From Eledone cirrhosa (lineage: Eukaryota), in contig OZ024743.1 in assembly GCA_964016885.1 (NCBI GenBank), positions 70,308,001 through 70,372,000 on the forward strand: a stretch of DNA of 64,000 nt. Direction: 5' to 3'. The notes beneath the pieces are model-generated. The model was not told the origin of the DNA and did no database searches. It saw only the letters and a list, made by a program, of their open reading frames with translations. Below are positions 23,465-37,177 of this stretch, in pieces (the first letter of the stretch is position 1; the number at the start of each line of letters is the position of its first letter). Made by a program: the position numbers and the translations under genes.

Positions 23465-23743
23465 TGGGAATATAGACTGATAGACAGACAGACAGACAGA
23501 TAGCCAGGAATATAGAAAGACAGACTTACAGACAGACAGACACACAGACAGACAGATAGCCAGTAATATAGACAGACAGACATACATACAGACAGATAAC
23601 CACGAATATAGTCAGACAGACAGACAGACAGACAGATAGCAGGTAGGTAATATAGACAGACAGACATACATACAGACAGACAGACAGACAGATAGCCAGG
23701 AATATAGACAGACAGACATACAGACAGACAGATAGCCAGGAAT

Positions 23744-23800
<57 letters not shown>

Positions 23801-23827
23801 TAGCCAGGAATATAGACATACATACAT

Positions 23828-23860
<33 letters not shown>

Positions 23861-25638
23861 TAGCCAGGAATATATACAGATAGACAGACACACAGACAGA
23901 CAGATAGTCAGATAGCCAGGAATATAGACAGACAGACAGACAGGAAGATAGCCAGGAATATAGACAGATAGACAGACAGCAGACAGACAGACAGACAGAT
24001 AGCCAGCAATATAGACAGACAGGCAGACAGATAGATAGCCAGGAATATAGATAGACAGACATACAGACAGACAGATAGACAGATAGCCAGGAATATAGAC
24101 AGACAGACAGACAGGAAGATAGCCAGGAATATAGACAGATAGACAGACAGCAGACAGACAGACAGACATACAGATAGCCAGGAATATAGACAGACAGACA
24201 GATGGCCAGGAATATAGACAAACAGACAGACCGACAGACATATAGCCAGGAATATAGACAGATAGACAGACAGATAGCCAGGAATATAGACAGATAGATT
24301 TCTTTATTAGCCACAAGGGCACAACAAGAAAAGGGGACAATACAAAGAGATGTCCCCTTTTCTTAGCCAGGAATATAAACAGATAGACATACATACAGAC
24401 AGACAGACAGATAGCCAGTAATATAGACAGATAGACAGACAGACAGAAAGACAGACAGACAGATAGCCAGGAATATAGACAGATAGACATACAGACAGAC
24501 AGACAGATAGATAGCCAGGAATATAGACATATAGACAGACAGACAGTCAGACAGATAAATAGCCAGGAATATAGACAGATAGACAGACATACAGACAGAT
24601 AGCCAAGAATATAGACAGACACACTGACAGATAGCCAGGAATATAGACAGACAGACAGACAAACATACAGATAGCCAGGAATATGGACAGATAGACAGAC
24701 AGCAGACAGACAGACAGATAGCCAGGAATATAGACAGACAGGCAGACAGATAGATAGCCAGGAATATAGACAGATAGACAGACACACAGACAGACAGATA
24801 GACAGATAGCCAGGAATATAGACAGACAGACAGACAGGAAGATAGCCAGGAATATAGACAGATAGACAGACAGCAGACAGACAGACAGACAGACATACAG
24901 ATAGCCAGGAATATAGACAGACAGACAGATGGCCAGGAATATAGACAAACAGACAGACCGACAGACATATAGCCAGGAATATAGACAGATAGACAGACAG
25001 ATAGCCAGGAATATAGACAGATAGATTTCTTTATTAGCCACAAGGGCACAACAAGAAAAGGGGACAATACAAAGAGATGTCCCCTTTTCTTAGCCAGGAA
25101 TATAAACAGATAGACATACATACAGACAGACAGACAGATAGCCAGTAATATAGACAGATAAACAGACAGACAGAAAGACAGACAGATAGCCAGGAATATA
25201 GACAGATAGACATACAGACAGACAGACAGATAGATAGCCAGGAATATAGACATATAGACAGACAGACAGTCAGACAGACAAATAGCCAGGAATATAGACA
25301 GATAGACAGACAGACAGACAGACAGATAGCCAAGAATATAGACAGACACACTGACAGATAGCCAGGAATATAGACAGACAGACAGACAGGAAGATAGCCA
25401 GGAATATAGACAGATAGACAGACAGCAGACAGACAGACAGACAGACATACAGATAGCCAGGAATATAGACAGACAGACAGATGGCCAGGAATATAGACAA
25501 ACAGACAGACCGACAGACAGATAGATAGTCAGGAATATAGACATATAGACAGACAGACAGTCAGACAGACAAATAGCCAGGAATATAGAGAGATAGACAG
25601 ACAGACAGTCAGACAGACAAATAGCCAGGAATATAGAC

Positions 25639-25673
<35 letters not shown>

Positions 25674-26252
25674 TAGCCAGGAATATAGACATATAGACAG
25701 ACAGACAGTCAGACAGACAAATAGCCAGGAATATAGACATATAGACAGACAGACAGTCAGACAGACAAATAGCCAGGAATATAGACATATAGACAGACTG
25801 ACAGTCAGACAGACAAATAGCCAGGAATATAGACATATAGACAGACAGACACTCAGACAGACAAATAGCCAGGAATATAGACATATAGACAGACAGACAG
25901 TCAGACAGACAAATAGCCAGGAATATAGACAGATAGACAGACAGACAGACAGACAGATAGCCAAGAATATAGACAGACACACTGACAGATAGCCAGGAAT
26001 ATAGACAGACAGACAGACAAACATACAGATAGCCAGGAATATGGACAGATAGACAGACAGACAGACAGATAGCCAGGAATATAGACAGACAGACAGACAT
26101 ACAGACATACAGATAGCCAGCAATATAGACAGACAGACAGACAGCCAGACAGACAGATAGCCAGGAATATAGACAGACAGACAGATAGCCAGGAATATAG
26201 ACAGACAGATAGACAGACAGACAGAGAGATAGCCAGGAATATAGACATACAT

Positions 26253-26303
<51 letters not shown>

Positions 26304-26720
26304 TATAGCCAGGAATATAGACAGATAGACAGACAGAGAGACCGACAGATAGCCAGGAATATAGACAGATAGGCAGACAGAGAGACAGATAGCCAGGAAT
26401 ATAGACAGATAGACAGACAGATAGCCAGGAATATAGACAGACAGACAGACAGACAGACAGATAGATAGCCAGGAATATAGACAGACAGACAGATAGCCAG
26501 GAATATAGACAGACAGATAGACAGACAGTCAGAGAGATAGCCAGGAATATAGACATACATACATACAGACAGACAGACAGACAGACAGTCAGATAGCCAG
26601 GAATATAGACAGAGAGACAGACAGAGAGACAGACAGATAGCCAGGAATATAGACAGATAGGCAGACAGAGAGACAGATAGCCCGGAATATAGACAGATAG
26701 ACAGACAGATAGCCACGAAT

Positions 26721-26757
<37 letters not shown>

Positions 26758-26932
26758 TAGCCAGGAATAAAGTCAGATAGACAGACGGAGAGACAGACAG
26801 ATAACCAGGAATATAGAGGGACAGACAGACAGACAGACAGATAGCCAGGAATATAGACAGACAGACAGACAGACAGAGAGATAGCCATGAATATAGACAG
26901 ACAGACAGACAGACATACAGATAGCCAGGAAT

Positions 26933-26965
<33 letters not shown>

Positions 26966-27143
26966 GAGATAGCCAGGAATATAGACAGACAGACAGACAG
27001 ACAGATAGCCAGGAATATAAACAGACAGACAGACAGACAGACAGACATACAGATAGCCAGGAATATAGACAGATAGACAGACAGACAGACAGCAGGCAGA
27101 TAGTCAGGAATATAGACAGACAGACAGACAGATAACCAGGAAC

Positions 27144-27176
<33 letters not shown>

Positions 27177-27836
27177 TAGCCAGGAATATAGACAGACAGA
27201 CAGACAGACATACATACAGATAGACAGGAATATACACAGATAGACAGACAGACAGACAGCAGACAGATAGCCAGGAATATAGACAGACAGACAGACAGAT
27301 AGCCAGGAATATAGACAGATAGACAGACAGACGGACAGACAGACAGATAGCCAGGAATATAGACAGACAGACAGACATACAGACAGCAGACAGATAGCCA
27401 GGAATATAGACAGACAGACAGACAGATAGCCAGGGATATAGACAGACAGACAGACAGACAGCCAGACAGACAGATAGCCAGGAATAGAGACAGACAGATA
27501 GACAGATAGCCAGGAATATAGCCAGACAGACAGACAGAGAGATAGCCAGGAATATAGACATACATACAGACAGACAGACAGACAGATAACCAGGAATATA
27601 GAGAGACAGACAGACAGACAGTCAGATACCCAGGAATATAGACAGACTGACATACAGACAGACAGATAGCCAGGAATATAGACAGACAGAGAGACAGATA
27701 GCCAGGAATATAGACAGACATACATACAGACAGACAGATAGCCAGGAATATAGACATACATACAGACAGACAGATAGCCAGGAATATAGACAGACAGACA
27801 GACAAACAGACAGATAGCCAGGAATATAGACAGATA
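23465..27836. repeat. Compound satellite: constant ATAGCCAGGAATATAGAC core separated by variable-length (AGAC)n
   Basis: On the order of 100 units. Internal higher-order duplication with period about 727 bp. Confidence 0.95.
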
Positions 27837-28084
27837 ATTTACTTTTAATTTGCCACTAGGGCATCAAAAAGTGGGACAAGTACAATGGGGGAATTTACAT
27901 AACAAGGCGTCCTCAATAAAGAGGAGGCAATAACAAAATATAAAAATAAAATAAAATATAACAAAATAAAATTGATAACAAAATCCTCAATAGAGAGGAG
28001 GCGCCTTGGGGGGTCGCAGACACCCCCGAAAAAAAGTGTGCAACCCTTCTCCTCAGGAGCATAGAGATTTGAGGACGCTATCAC

Positions 28085-28432
28085 TTCCAGCTAGACAGTG
28101 CTAAGGTAAACACCACTTGTTCTGTTGCTCCGCCAGCACAAACAATATGTAACGACACAACAATTTTACTACGGAATTGGCTAAACGCCTCAGCCAGTCG
28201 ACCGTATTTTCTCTTGTAATCTTAATTGATTTGTTTTATTTCTCTTGGCATGCCAGCTCAACCTCTGTTAATAAATAATGTAAAACCAAGCTAGAGTCGT
28301 TGTCGATATTCCCATCATATCTTTCTACCAACCTGGTTCCTCGTGGTAACATTACAACTCTCTAAATATACTATTCTCTACCACATTGGTGACAACATCT
28401 TCAACCAAATTGGTGACCCCAAATTGGTGACG
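28085..28432 (+). mobile_element. Possible Gypsy-type LTR fragment with PBS-like motifs, replacing the end of Tx1 ORF2
   Basis: AT-richer block containing TGTAACG, AATAAA and ...CCACA-TTGGTGAC. TTGGTGAC occurs three times, including TGGTGACCCC. Confidence 0.35.
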
Positions 28433-28434
28433 CG

Positions 28435-31326
28435 TCCATCATACAACCTCTTTCGCCATGGCTATTACGCACAGAAACACCGCCTCTCCTTCGTTTTTGA
28501 AGAGGGGAGGCTGTTTGATCGTTACAATAGACTCGGTGGTCAACCGGATCGGTCCCACCCTTGACAGCAGTTGTTCGACATAGCCCCACAGATCGGCAAT
28601 GCCCGAGCAGTGTACCAATGCGTGTGCAACGGTTTCCTCGTCGCACACGCATATGGGAGAGATCTTTTTCGAAGGGTCCCTACCCGGGCGCCCGTGTCTG
28701 TAGAGCCTTTCTCGAACGGGCAGAGCCCTTCTGTAGCACTACCAGGCCAGGGACCTCTGGAAGTCATCCATGGGTCCCGGGCTGAATGTCCTACCGAACA
28801 GGTTGGCCAGTTCGTCTTCCTCCATGCCTAGGGCTTCTTCGAGGGCGTCGTCGCACCTGCTAACCACCAGCCCTCTATAAAATGACGAGGTGGATTCTCC
28901 ACTGACAGCCGGGTCCGCCTGCCAGAGAGCCGTGAGCGCCTGGGCACACTCAGTGTGCCAGGCGCCCAGTTTTCTCGGTATTTGCTTGACCCAGGATTGC
29001 AGCTCGGTGAGTGAGACGAGTCTGGGAAAGGCTCGCCTCACAAACGGGGCCCACACCGGTTGACCGGTGAGGAATACCTGGAGGTGCCGTAGCCTTAATG
29101 CGTGTTTACGTATTATTAGCCACGGCAACCCCAGCCCTCCTTTCGAAGGGTGTTGAGAGCAGATGGATCTCCTCACCATAGGAGCCCGCTTCTTCCAAAG
29201 GAATTGGAAGAGTACGCGCTCCATTTTGGCGAGCGTTTCCCTTGGGCAAGGCACAACGGTCAGGCGGTAGTAGATGACGGACGCTATATAAGTGTTCGCC
29301 ACCTCCGCCCGACCTTTCAGGGACAGTTTGCACTCGGACCACTTCTGGGTCAGTGCAAACACCCTGTTCGTTACCTCACCCCAATTCTTCTCCACCTGGA
29401 GGTCTGGTCCGAACCAGACCCCGAGCAACTTCACCGGGCCCTCTGTCCAGCGCCTGACGACGCCATCGGAGATCATCTATCTACCCCTCCACGTGCCGAG
29501 TTGCAGACCGATCGACTTGTCCCGGTTCAGCTTAGCCCCTGTAAACCTTTCGTACTCCTCCAGTAAGGTGCCGACCGCCCCGATTTCCGAGGCCGTCGAC
29601 ACCATTACTGTTACGTCGTCGGCGTAGGCCGACATCGCTTTCCGCAATCCCGGTTCCAACGGGATGCTCTGCAACAACTCCAACTTCCGCAGCAGTGGCT
29701 CTAGAGTCATCACATACAGAAGGGAGGAGAGAGGGCACCCTTGTCGGATGGACCGCGCGATTTCGAACTGCTCCGAGAGGTAGCCGTTCACCTTGACCCT
29801 AGAGCAGATGCGGTTGCTGTGCATGGCATTGATCTAGCCCCTGAAAACGGGTCCGAAGCCTGCCGCCGCTAACACCGCATCCAGGTAACCATGGTTGACC
29901 CTATCGAACGCCTTAGATTGATCCAAGTTGATCAGGGCCCCACCAAAGCCGGGTTCGTTCCCAACCCTCTCTATGATGTATCGCATGAGGTGGAGGTTGT
30001 CGTGGATGGACCTGGACGGGATATCACATATCTGCGCATCTCCCACCAGGTTGCCCACGACAAGCGCCATCCTCTTTGCTAGCACCTTGGCCAAAATCTG
30101 TAACTCTGTATTTAGCAGAGTTATGGGCCTGAAATTATTTATATCGTCCCCGTTGTTCTCGTCCTTCCTCACTAGCGTGACTACGCCCTTGGTCACAGCG
30201 CAGGGAATTCTCCCGTTCTGTTGCCAGTTGCAGTAGACCGCCTCGAGGATATCGGGGAACAAGTCCGGCATAGCTAGATACAGTTCGTATAGAAGACCAT
30301 CGAGACCCGGGGATTTGCGTTTGCCGCATTGGCTCAGCACGTCCTCTATCTCAGCGGCTGAAATCGGCTCCTCGCAGGACTTCGCCTCCCTGTCCGAGAG
30401 ACGCGGCAGGCCATCGAGGTATGAACCGAAGTCCACATCTCTAATCGGCTCCCCGCCCTTTCCGAACAATCCGACAAAGTGCTTTTGAAAAGCCTCGCAC
30501 ATCTGCTTAGGTTCAAGGATCACCCGTCCATCCTGGTCTCGCAAAGACCGGATAATGAATCTGCTCCCGCTTTTGGCTTCTGTCACGCGGGCCCAGCTAA
30601 CAGCTTTGGTCCCCTCGTTTCCCAGAGCACGTATTTTGCTTCGGACGATGCAGCCTTCGTGTTTCGCGTCGAAGAACTGGCCCAGGGCCATTCTCGACGC
30701 TAGCACTCTGGCCACGTCGCCGCTTCTAATTGCCTCTTCTACACTATCTACCAGCTCCCTTTCCTTTCTATTTCTATTTGAGGCTAACTCCTTACTAAAT
30801 TCTATAGAGACTACTCTAATCTCTCTTTTGAGAGATCCCACCACCTGCTGTTGACGATGGCGCCCGTCAACCGCTCCTTAACTAAATTGCTAATCCGGTC
30901 CCTGTAAGTCTTACTTGCCGGTAAGGACAAGTTGAGCTTCCAGTAACCGGGTCCCTGTCTATGCGTTCTGTCAAGGTTGACCATGCAGCTCACTAACTTG
31001 TGGTCTGAAAAGCCAACCATGCTCATTTTTGGACAACTTAAAAGTCCTTATCCTTATTTCTAACTAAGAACCTATCTAGGTACGACCTAGATGATCCGCT
31101 ACGATTTGCGCAAGTCCAGGTTGGCGCAGTCGAAAAATCTAGTCGATATCTATCGGCCAGGTCAAATCGACCGATTAACCCTTTGAGGCTATTACACCCC
31201 TCTCTATCGGGACAGGCCCCTACGTAGTCCCAGCGTGCATCTAGGATACCATTCCAGTCCCCCACTAATAGCAAGGAGCGGGACGACCCTAGAAAAGTCT
31301 CCAGACGATGGAAGAAGTCCGGCCGC
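28435..31326 (-). pseudogene. Tx1 ORF2 (APE endonuclease, reverse transcriptase, zinc knuckle) with stops and frameshifts
   Basis: Joined from ORF fragments 31038-31326, 30811-31026, 29834-30844, 29477-29824, 28739-29476 and 28439-28648. Confidence 0.9.
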
Positions 31327-31560
31327 ATACAGATAGACAAACAGACAGACAGACAGAGAGACAGACAGACAGACAGGAATATAGACAAACAGACAGAGAG
31401 AAAGATAGCCAGGAATATAGACAGACAGACAGACAGATAGCCAGGAATATAGACAGATAGACAGACAGACAGACAGATAGCCAGGAATATAGACAAACAG
31501 ACAGATAGACAGATAGCCAGGAATATAGACAGACAGACAAACAGACAGATAGCCAGGAAT

Positions 31561-31601
<41 letters not shown>

Positions 31602-31750
31602 TAGCCAGGAATATAGACAGACAGACAGACAGACAGATAGCCAGGAATATAGACAGACAGACAGACAGATAACCAGGAATATAGACAGACAGACAGATAG
31701 CCAGAAATATAGACAGACAGACAGACAGATAGCCAGGAATATAGACAGAT
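31327..31750. repeat. Continuation of the ATAGCCAGGAATATAGAC/(AGAC)n satellite on the other side of the Tx1 element
   Basis: Same unit and orientation as 23465-27836. Confidence 0.95.
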
Positions 31751-31829
31751 GTAAAATGTAAGAATACATTCAAATTTTAGGGAACTGGTGAAGAATGTCT
31801 TCGAAAATTGGTGTCAGAAAATTAGGTCA

Positions 31830-32580
31830 AGCGGTGGCGGTGGTTGGGGGGGGGGTAGTTGAGTGGGGGTTTGTTGTTAGGGGGTGATGATGGTGGTGGT
31901 AGATGGTAGAGGTGGTGGTGGTGCTGGTGGTGGTGATGGTGGTGATGGTGGAGATGGTGGCGGTGGTGGGTGTAGTTGATTGGAGGTTTGTTGTTAGGGG
32001 GTGATGGTGGTGATGGTGGTGGTGTTGCTGGTGGTAGTTGAGTGGGGGTTTGTTGTTAGGGGGTGATGGTTGTGGTGGTGGAAGTGGGGGTGATGGGGTG
32101 ATGGTTGTGGTGGTGTAGGTGGTGGGTGATGAGTGTGATTGGGGGTTTCGTCGTCGTCGTCTTTGTCGTTAATTAATAACAGCAAACCCATAAACCACAG
32201 CAACTGCAACAGCAAAACAAGACAAACTTCAGCAACAACATAAGCAACAGTAACAGTAACAATATTAGTAATAGCAAAACCACCACCAACAACAATAACA
32301 ACAGCAACACAATTAGTAACAGCAGCATCACCACCAACAACAATAACAACAGCAACAGTAACAACGTCAATAACAGCAGTAGAAACAACAAAAAACAACA
32401 GCCGCAATAACAACAATAACAACAATAAAAGCAACATCAGCAACAGCAGCATCAACATCATTAATAGCAGCAACAACAGCAGCAACAAGAGCAACAACAG
32501 CAACAGCAAGAACAGCAACAGCAGCAACAACCACAGCAACGGTAGCAACAGCAGTAGTAACTTTAGTACCAACATTAACA
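31830..32580. repeat. (GGT)n-rich tract followed by a (CAA/CAG)n-rich low-complexity tract
   Basis: Seen directly. The block gtagttgagtggggtttgttgttagggggtgatg recurs about three times. Confidence 0.85.
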
Positions 32581-32704
32581 CCAGTATTTTATCACTCCTC
32601 AAAGAGGGATCCTCCACACAGACTCTCGACTTGCTAGAAAGAACAGACAAGTGTCCATCAAATGACACAATAATGTTTTAAAATAGGAATAATGGCTTGT
32701 GAAG

Positions 32705-32835
32705 GTGTAATGCCTTGTGGACAGACACTGGTCTGTTGGAGACGCAGGACATGGCAGCGATAATGAGGGACAGAGACCGCTGGAGAGAACTCGGCCATGG
32801 ATCTCGGGAATTTTACCCGCCCTAGATAGATAAAT
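32705..32835 (+). mobile_element. 3' remnant of an RTE-X-like LINE
   Basis: Translates as ...TDTGLLETQDMAAIMRDRDRWRE..., the DTGL...M.DR..WR C-terminal pattern, followed by a short (TAGA) tail. Confidence 0.55.
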
Positions 32836-34051
32836 GAATATAAATTTTAAACAGAATTACATCTTCCTTCTTCAGATTTTTCAAATTACTTCTTTTTCTT
32901 TTGTCGTTAGATTGTGATAATGGTGAGCGTTTTCATTGAAAAGTCCTCATTAAACGATCTTGTTTATATGTCTGAGTGTGTACGTGTGTGTGTATCTATG
33001 TGTATGTTTGTGTGTGTATGTGTGTGAGTGTATGTTCGTGTGTGTTGGGGAGGATTACGGAGCCTAATTAAAAGTTGTTTGTTTGCGCAAAACATTTTAC
33101 TTTACATTCATTTAATACACTGAGCTGGAAGAAATGAGTTGTGGCTATAATTTAAAAGTCCAGTAATATCAAACATTGTTACGCTGAATCTCCCTGAGAA
33201 ATATATTATGGGTACACGTGTTTATTAAATGCTCAACAAGTAGCACAGTAAATTTATGAGCAAGCTGTTTCGTTATTCGAACATCTGGAAGACTTTTCGT
33301 CGGAGCGGACGGAAGTACAAAACATTATGAAAAAAAAAAACAAAAAAAAACGAGCTCTTCAATAACCAAAAAAATATGCGCCATTTTTTTCTTTGTATTT
33401 TATCAAAAACTAAAGTTAATTTATCTTTTATATTATTATTATTTTCCTTTTTACTTTTTATGTTTTCGTCTCTGTTGCTAAGATTCAATGACTGGTAGAA
33501 TACTTAACTGGCGAAAGAAAAAAAAACTAGAATTGAAAACAACTCAATTCTGCTGAAAGAGCAATGTCAAAACGTATCCGAATAAAAAATACATTAAAAA
33601 ATAAATAAATAAAGGAAACACATTGAAATTCAAATGATCATTAAGTGGAGCAAAGAAATCTCTTCTTTTTAGATGAAATCTCTCTTTGGCAAATTCATAC
33701 TTTCATTACAAATCTGTCGTTTATTTGGCAGACATTTGAAATATGTGACATCTATTTTCTTTTCATGTTTCCAAATTTCATTCAAAGAAAACAATCAGTT
33801 TCAAACATTAAAACAGTATAGTTATTATAGCTAAGACCAACTTCGGAGGGAAGCAGCTACTAATAGCGATAAACATTCATTGGTCTTACGTCTCCATGCT
33901 GAGTTCTGTCAATCAGGTTTCGCGTCAGAAACGCATTCTTACGCTTGGGCAAAATATCCTTTTGAAAAAACTGCGGCACAACCTGTTATGGTTTCAAATT
34001 TGCAGCACACACACACACACTCACACACATACACACACACACACACATATA

Positions 34052-34114
<63 letters not shown>

Positions 34115-34309
34115 ATTGTGTACAATTGCTAGCAATTAAATGCATTAAACTAAGATTTGAATGTTTTATATTTTGTATCTCGGCTCTGTAATACATTTGA
34201 TAACTTTCATTGAGCCTGTTCTCTTACCGGTAATTGTCTAGTGCTTAGTACTATCCTCCGTATTTATAATTATATATAAACCATATATAAGTATAAATAT
34301 TATTATTAT

Positions 34310-34342
<33 letters not shown>

Positions 34343-34344
<2 letters not shown>

Positions 34345-34612
34345 ATAGAAACAAAAACGAGGAAGTTTTGTTTGAATATAACAAATATTTATTGTGTATC
34401 CACCTGTTACGCATGTTTCTCAGAGGTTTGGCTCAAGGTAATCCATAGTAGTTGTGGACCCGACTCCAGTATCCACATCACCGATCTGATGAGAAGATCG
34501 ATATAGGAGTCGGGTCCATAACTCATATGCGTTGCCTTGAGCCAATCCTCTGCGAAACGAGCGTAACAGGTCAATACACAATAAATATTTTTCATATTTG
34601 TTTCTATTATAT
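34343..34612. mobile_element. Foldback PLE-type end (arms about 125 bp) with an HHR at 34481-34570 (+)
   Basis: Inverted arms between TA tracts. Motif: CTGATGA gaaga...tctgc GAAA cgagcg TA acagg. Confidence 0.8.
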
Positions 34613-34683
34613 ACACTCTGCTGGTGCATAGAGTGCTTGATTTGGTACCAACACCAGTACTTCACTGTACTACCTATATATAC

Positions 34684-34717
<34 letters not shown>

Positions 34718-34830
34718 GTATGTATGTGTATATATAGATATATGTATGTAAATATATATAAAAACATATATATACATATACATACATATCTGTGCGTGTG
34801 TCGGGAGAGTCTGTCTTTCTCTCTCTTTTC

Positions 34831-34869
<39 letters not shown>

Positions 34870-35212
34870 CAGCAAAGAAAACAATCAAATTTGTGTTTAA
34901 TACATTTAATTGCTAAAGATCGTTTCTTCCAGACAAATGTCTGGTATTATCGGAGCATATACAATGTTAAAATAGATAAATTCCTAATCCTTAGAACATT
35001 CATTAAGATACATTATATTTGAGAAGACTAATTATAATTATTAGTGTATGTTACAATATATTGAAGAGTAAGAGCAACAGAACATTGTAATGAAAAGATA
35101 GTAGTAAAGTATTGAAGAGTATTATACAAAGAAGCTGATTTGAAGCTATATGATATATGCAAGGAATATTACTTGTAAATCATTATATCAAGAATATTAT
35201 ACCAAGAATATA

Positions 35213-35400
35213 AATAATTGTTTCTACTTTAGGCACAAGGCCAGCAATTACCCAGTGCATTACTGGTACTTTATTTTATCGACCTCGTAAGGATGAAAGG
35301 CTAAGTCAACCTCGGCGGGATTTGAACTCAGATCGTAAAGGGACGTAACTATGCTGGAAAGCATGGCGTCCGACTCTCTACCGATACTGCCAATCTACCA
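35213..35400 (-). mobile_element. tRNA-derived SINE
   Basis: Reverse complement of the 8190 family. Confidence 0.85.
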
Positions 35401-35552
35401 AGAATATAAATAATAGCAAAGAGCATGCTCTGTAGTATATCTCATATTTTACATTGAGCTAATTTTCTTACTGGTAATTGGGTAATATTGTGTATTACCC
35501 GTATCTTATTTATAATTATATATAGATTATATATATATAAGTATAAATATTA

Positions 35553-35736
35553 TTGGCAGTATCGGTAGAGGGTCGGACGTCATGCTTTGACGCATAAAAT
35601 TACGGCCTTTTCCATTCTGAGTTCAAATCCCGCCGAGGTTAACGTTGCCTTTCATCCTTACGGGTTCGATAAAATAAAGTACCAGTAATGTACTGGGTAA
35701 TTGCTGGCCTTGTGCCAAAAGTAGAAACAATTATTA
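35553..35736 (+). mobile_element. tRNA-derived SINE
   Basis: Same family as 8190. Confidence 0.85.
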
Positions 35737-36197
35737 CTATTATTACTATTACTATATATATAATAGGAATTTACAGATGGATACAGTACTATAATAGAGG
35801 CATCGAATACTATCTTGATCCTGCCGCTCACAGAACTTGCTCAATAGCATCAAGTTTGCAAACTGAAATTAGAGAGAACTCAATACGATACAGCTGTGAA
35901 GCGTCTATACTTGAATAGGATAAATACGGGGGAATAAGAAATGCTAGACATTCAAAAATAAAAACTTCAATAACTTACATTTCAACCGACCACACCGCGC
36001 GTTTTCAATGCTGGCAATTAAAATATTGCCAGCATTGAAAACTGATATTTAACATTTACGATGTGATAAGAGGATTTACTAAGAATCTTAACGTTCATAA
36101 TCATAAAAACGAGCAACCGATTGTCCTAAGTTTTCTCTACAGAAAGGCAAAGCCAACAGCGGCATCGAATGTGTGCTTGGCAGATCAGGCTGCCTAT

Positions 36198-36610
36198 ATA
36201 TAATTGTTTCTACTTTTAGCACAAGGCCAGCAATTATGCCAGTGGAATACTGGTACTTTATTTGATCGACCCCGTAAGGATGAAAGGCAAAGTTAAACTC
36301 GGCGGGATTTGAACTCAGAATATAAAGGGCTGTAACTCTATGCTGCAAGCATGGCGTCCGACCAATACGGATACTGGCAATTCCTCGCCCTATAGGCTGC
36401 TTATATATAACGATTTCTACTTTTGGCACAAGGCCAGCAATTATGCCACTGTATTAATGGTACTTTATTTTATCGACCCCGTAAGGATGAAAGGCAAAGT
36501 TAACCTCGGTGGGATTTGAACTCAGACTATAATGGGGCGTAACTCTATGCTTCAAAGCGAGGTGTCAGACCTTCTACCGATACTGCCAATCTCCTGCCCT
36601 ATAGGCTGCT
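36198..36610 (-). mobile_element. Two tandem tRNA-derived SINE copies
   Basis: 36198-36400 and 36408-36610 each match the family and share the flank cctataggctgctta. Confidence 0.85.
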
Positions 36611-36895
36611 TAAAAATAATATCAGTTGGTAGGTACCTATATAAATATAAGTGACACCAGTTTGAGCATTACGTGAATTGGATAGTCCGTGTTAAAAGTG
36701 TGTATAGGCAACGACATCGGGTTGTTATTTGCGTAATCCACAGAGTGATTATATTAAGTAAGAGATTACAATAGGCCACGATTCTGGTGTCAATTGGCTC
36801 ATCAGAAAGATCAGTGTTGAAATATGTTAGATGAGAAGATATCTCCAAGTATGTTCATATATCAGATATAAAGATATTTCCATTCTGAACATTCT

Positions 36896-36982
36896 ATGCG
36901 TCTGATGAGCAAATCAATACCAGAGTCAGGGCCGATCATAATCGATTAAAGTCTCGAGATTTGTGAAACGGGTGTCACATGC
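36896..36982 (+). ncRNA. Hammerhead motif with weak helix I; partial inverted copy at about 36775-36806
   Basis: CTGATGA gcaaatc...gatttgt GAAA cgggtg TC. Confidence 0.65.
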
Positions 36983-37066
36983 GACTACGAGCAAATTATG
37001 TTCAAATGATATTTGCATGTATGTGTTTATATATATATACTCACATAATACACATACACAAATATA

Positions 37067-37177
<111 letters not shown>

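Larger units (their letters stand above)
27837..31326 (-). mobile_element. Tx1-clade (L1 group) non-LTR retrotransposon, 5'-truncated within the APE domain, decayed
   Basis: LLVGDWNGILD, SYLDRFL, SDHKLV, GPGYWKLN, KSPGLDGL, NFRPITLLN, LDQSKAFDRV, RQGCPLS, AYADDV, LLGVWFG and a CxxC...ETVAHAL..C zinc knuckle. 3' UTR at 27837-28085. Confidence 0.92.

Noticed and set aside
23452-27805. Long minus-strand ORFs (up to 629 aa) and a CRISPR-like repeat/spacer look
   Set aside because: The spacers are (AGAC)n runs rather than unique sequence, the context is eukaryotic with no cas genes, and the ORFs are artefacts of a stop-free repeat.
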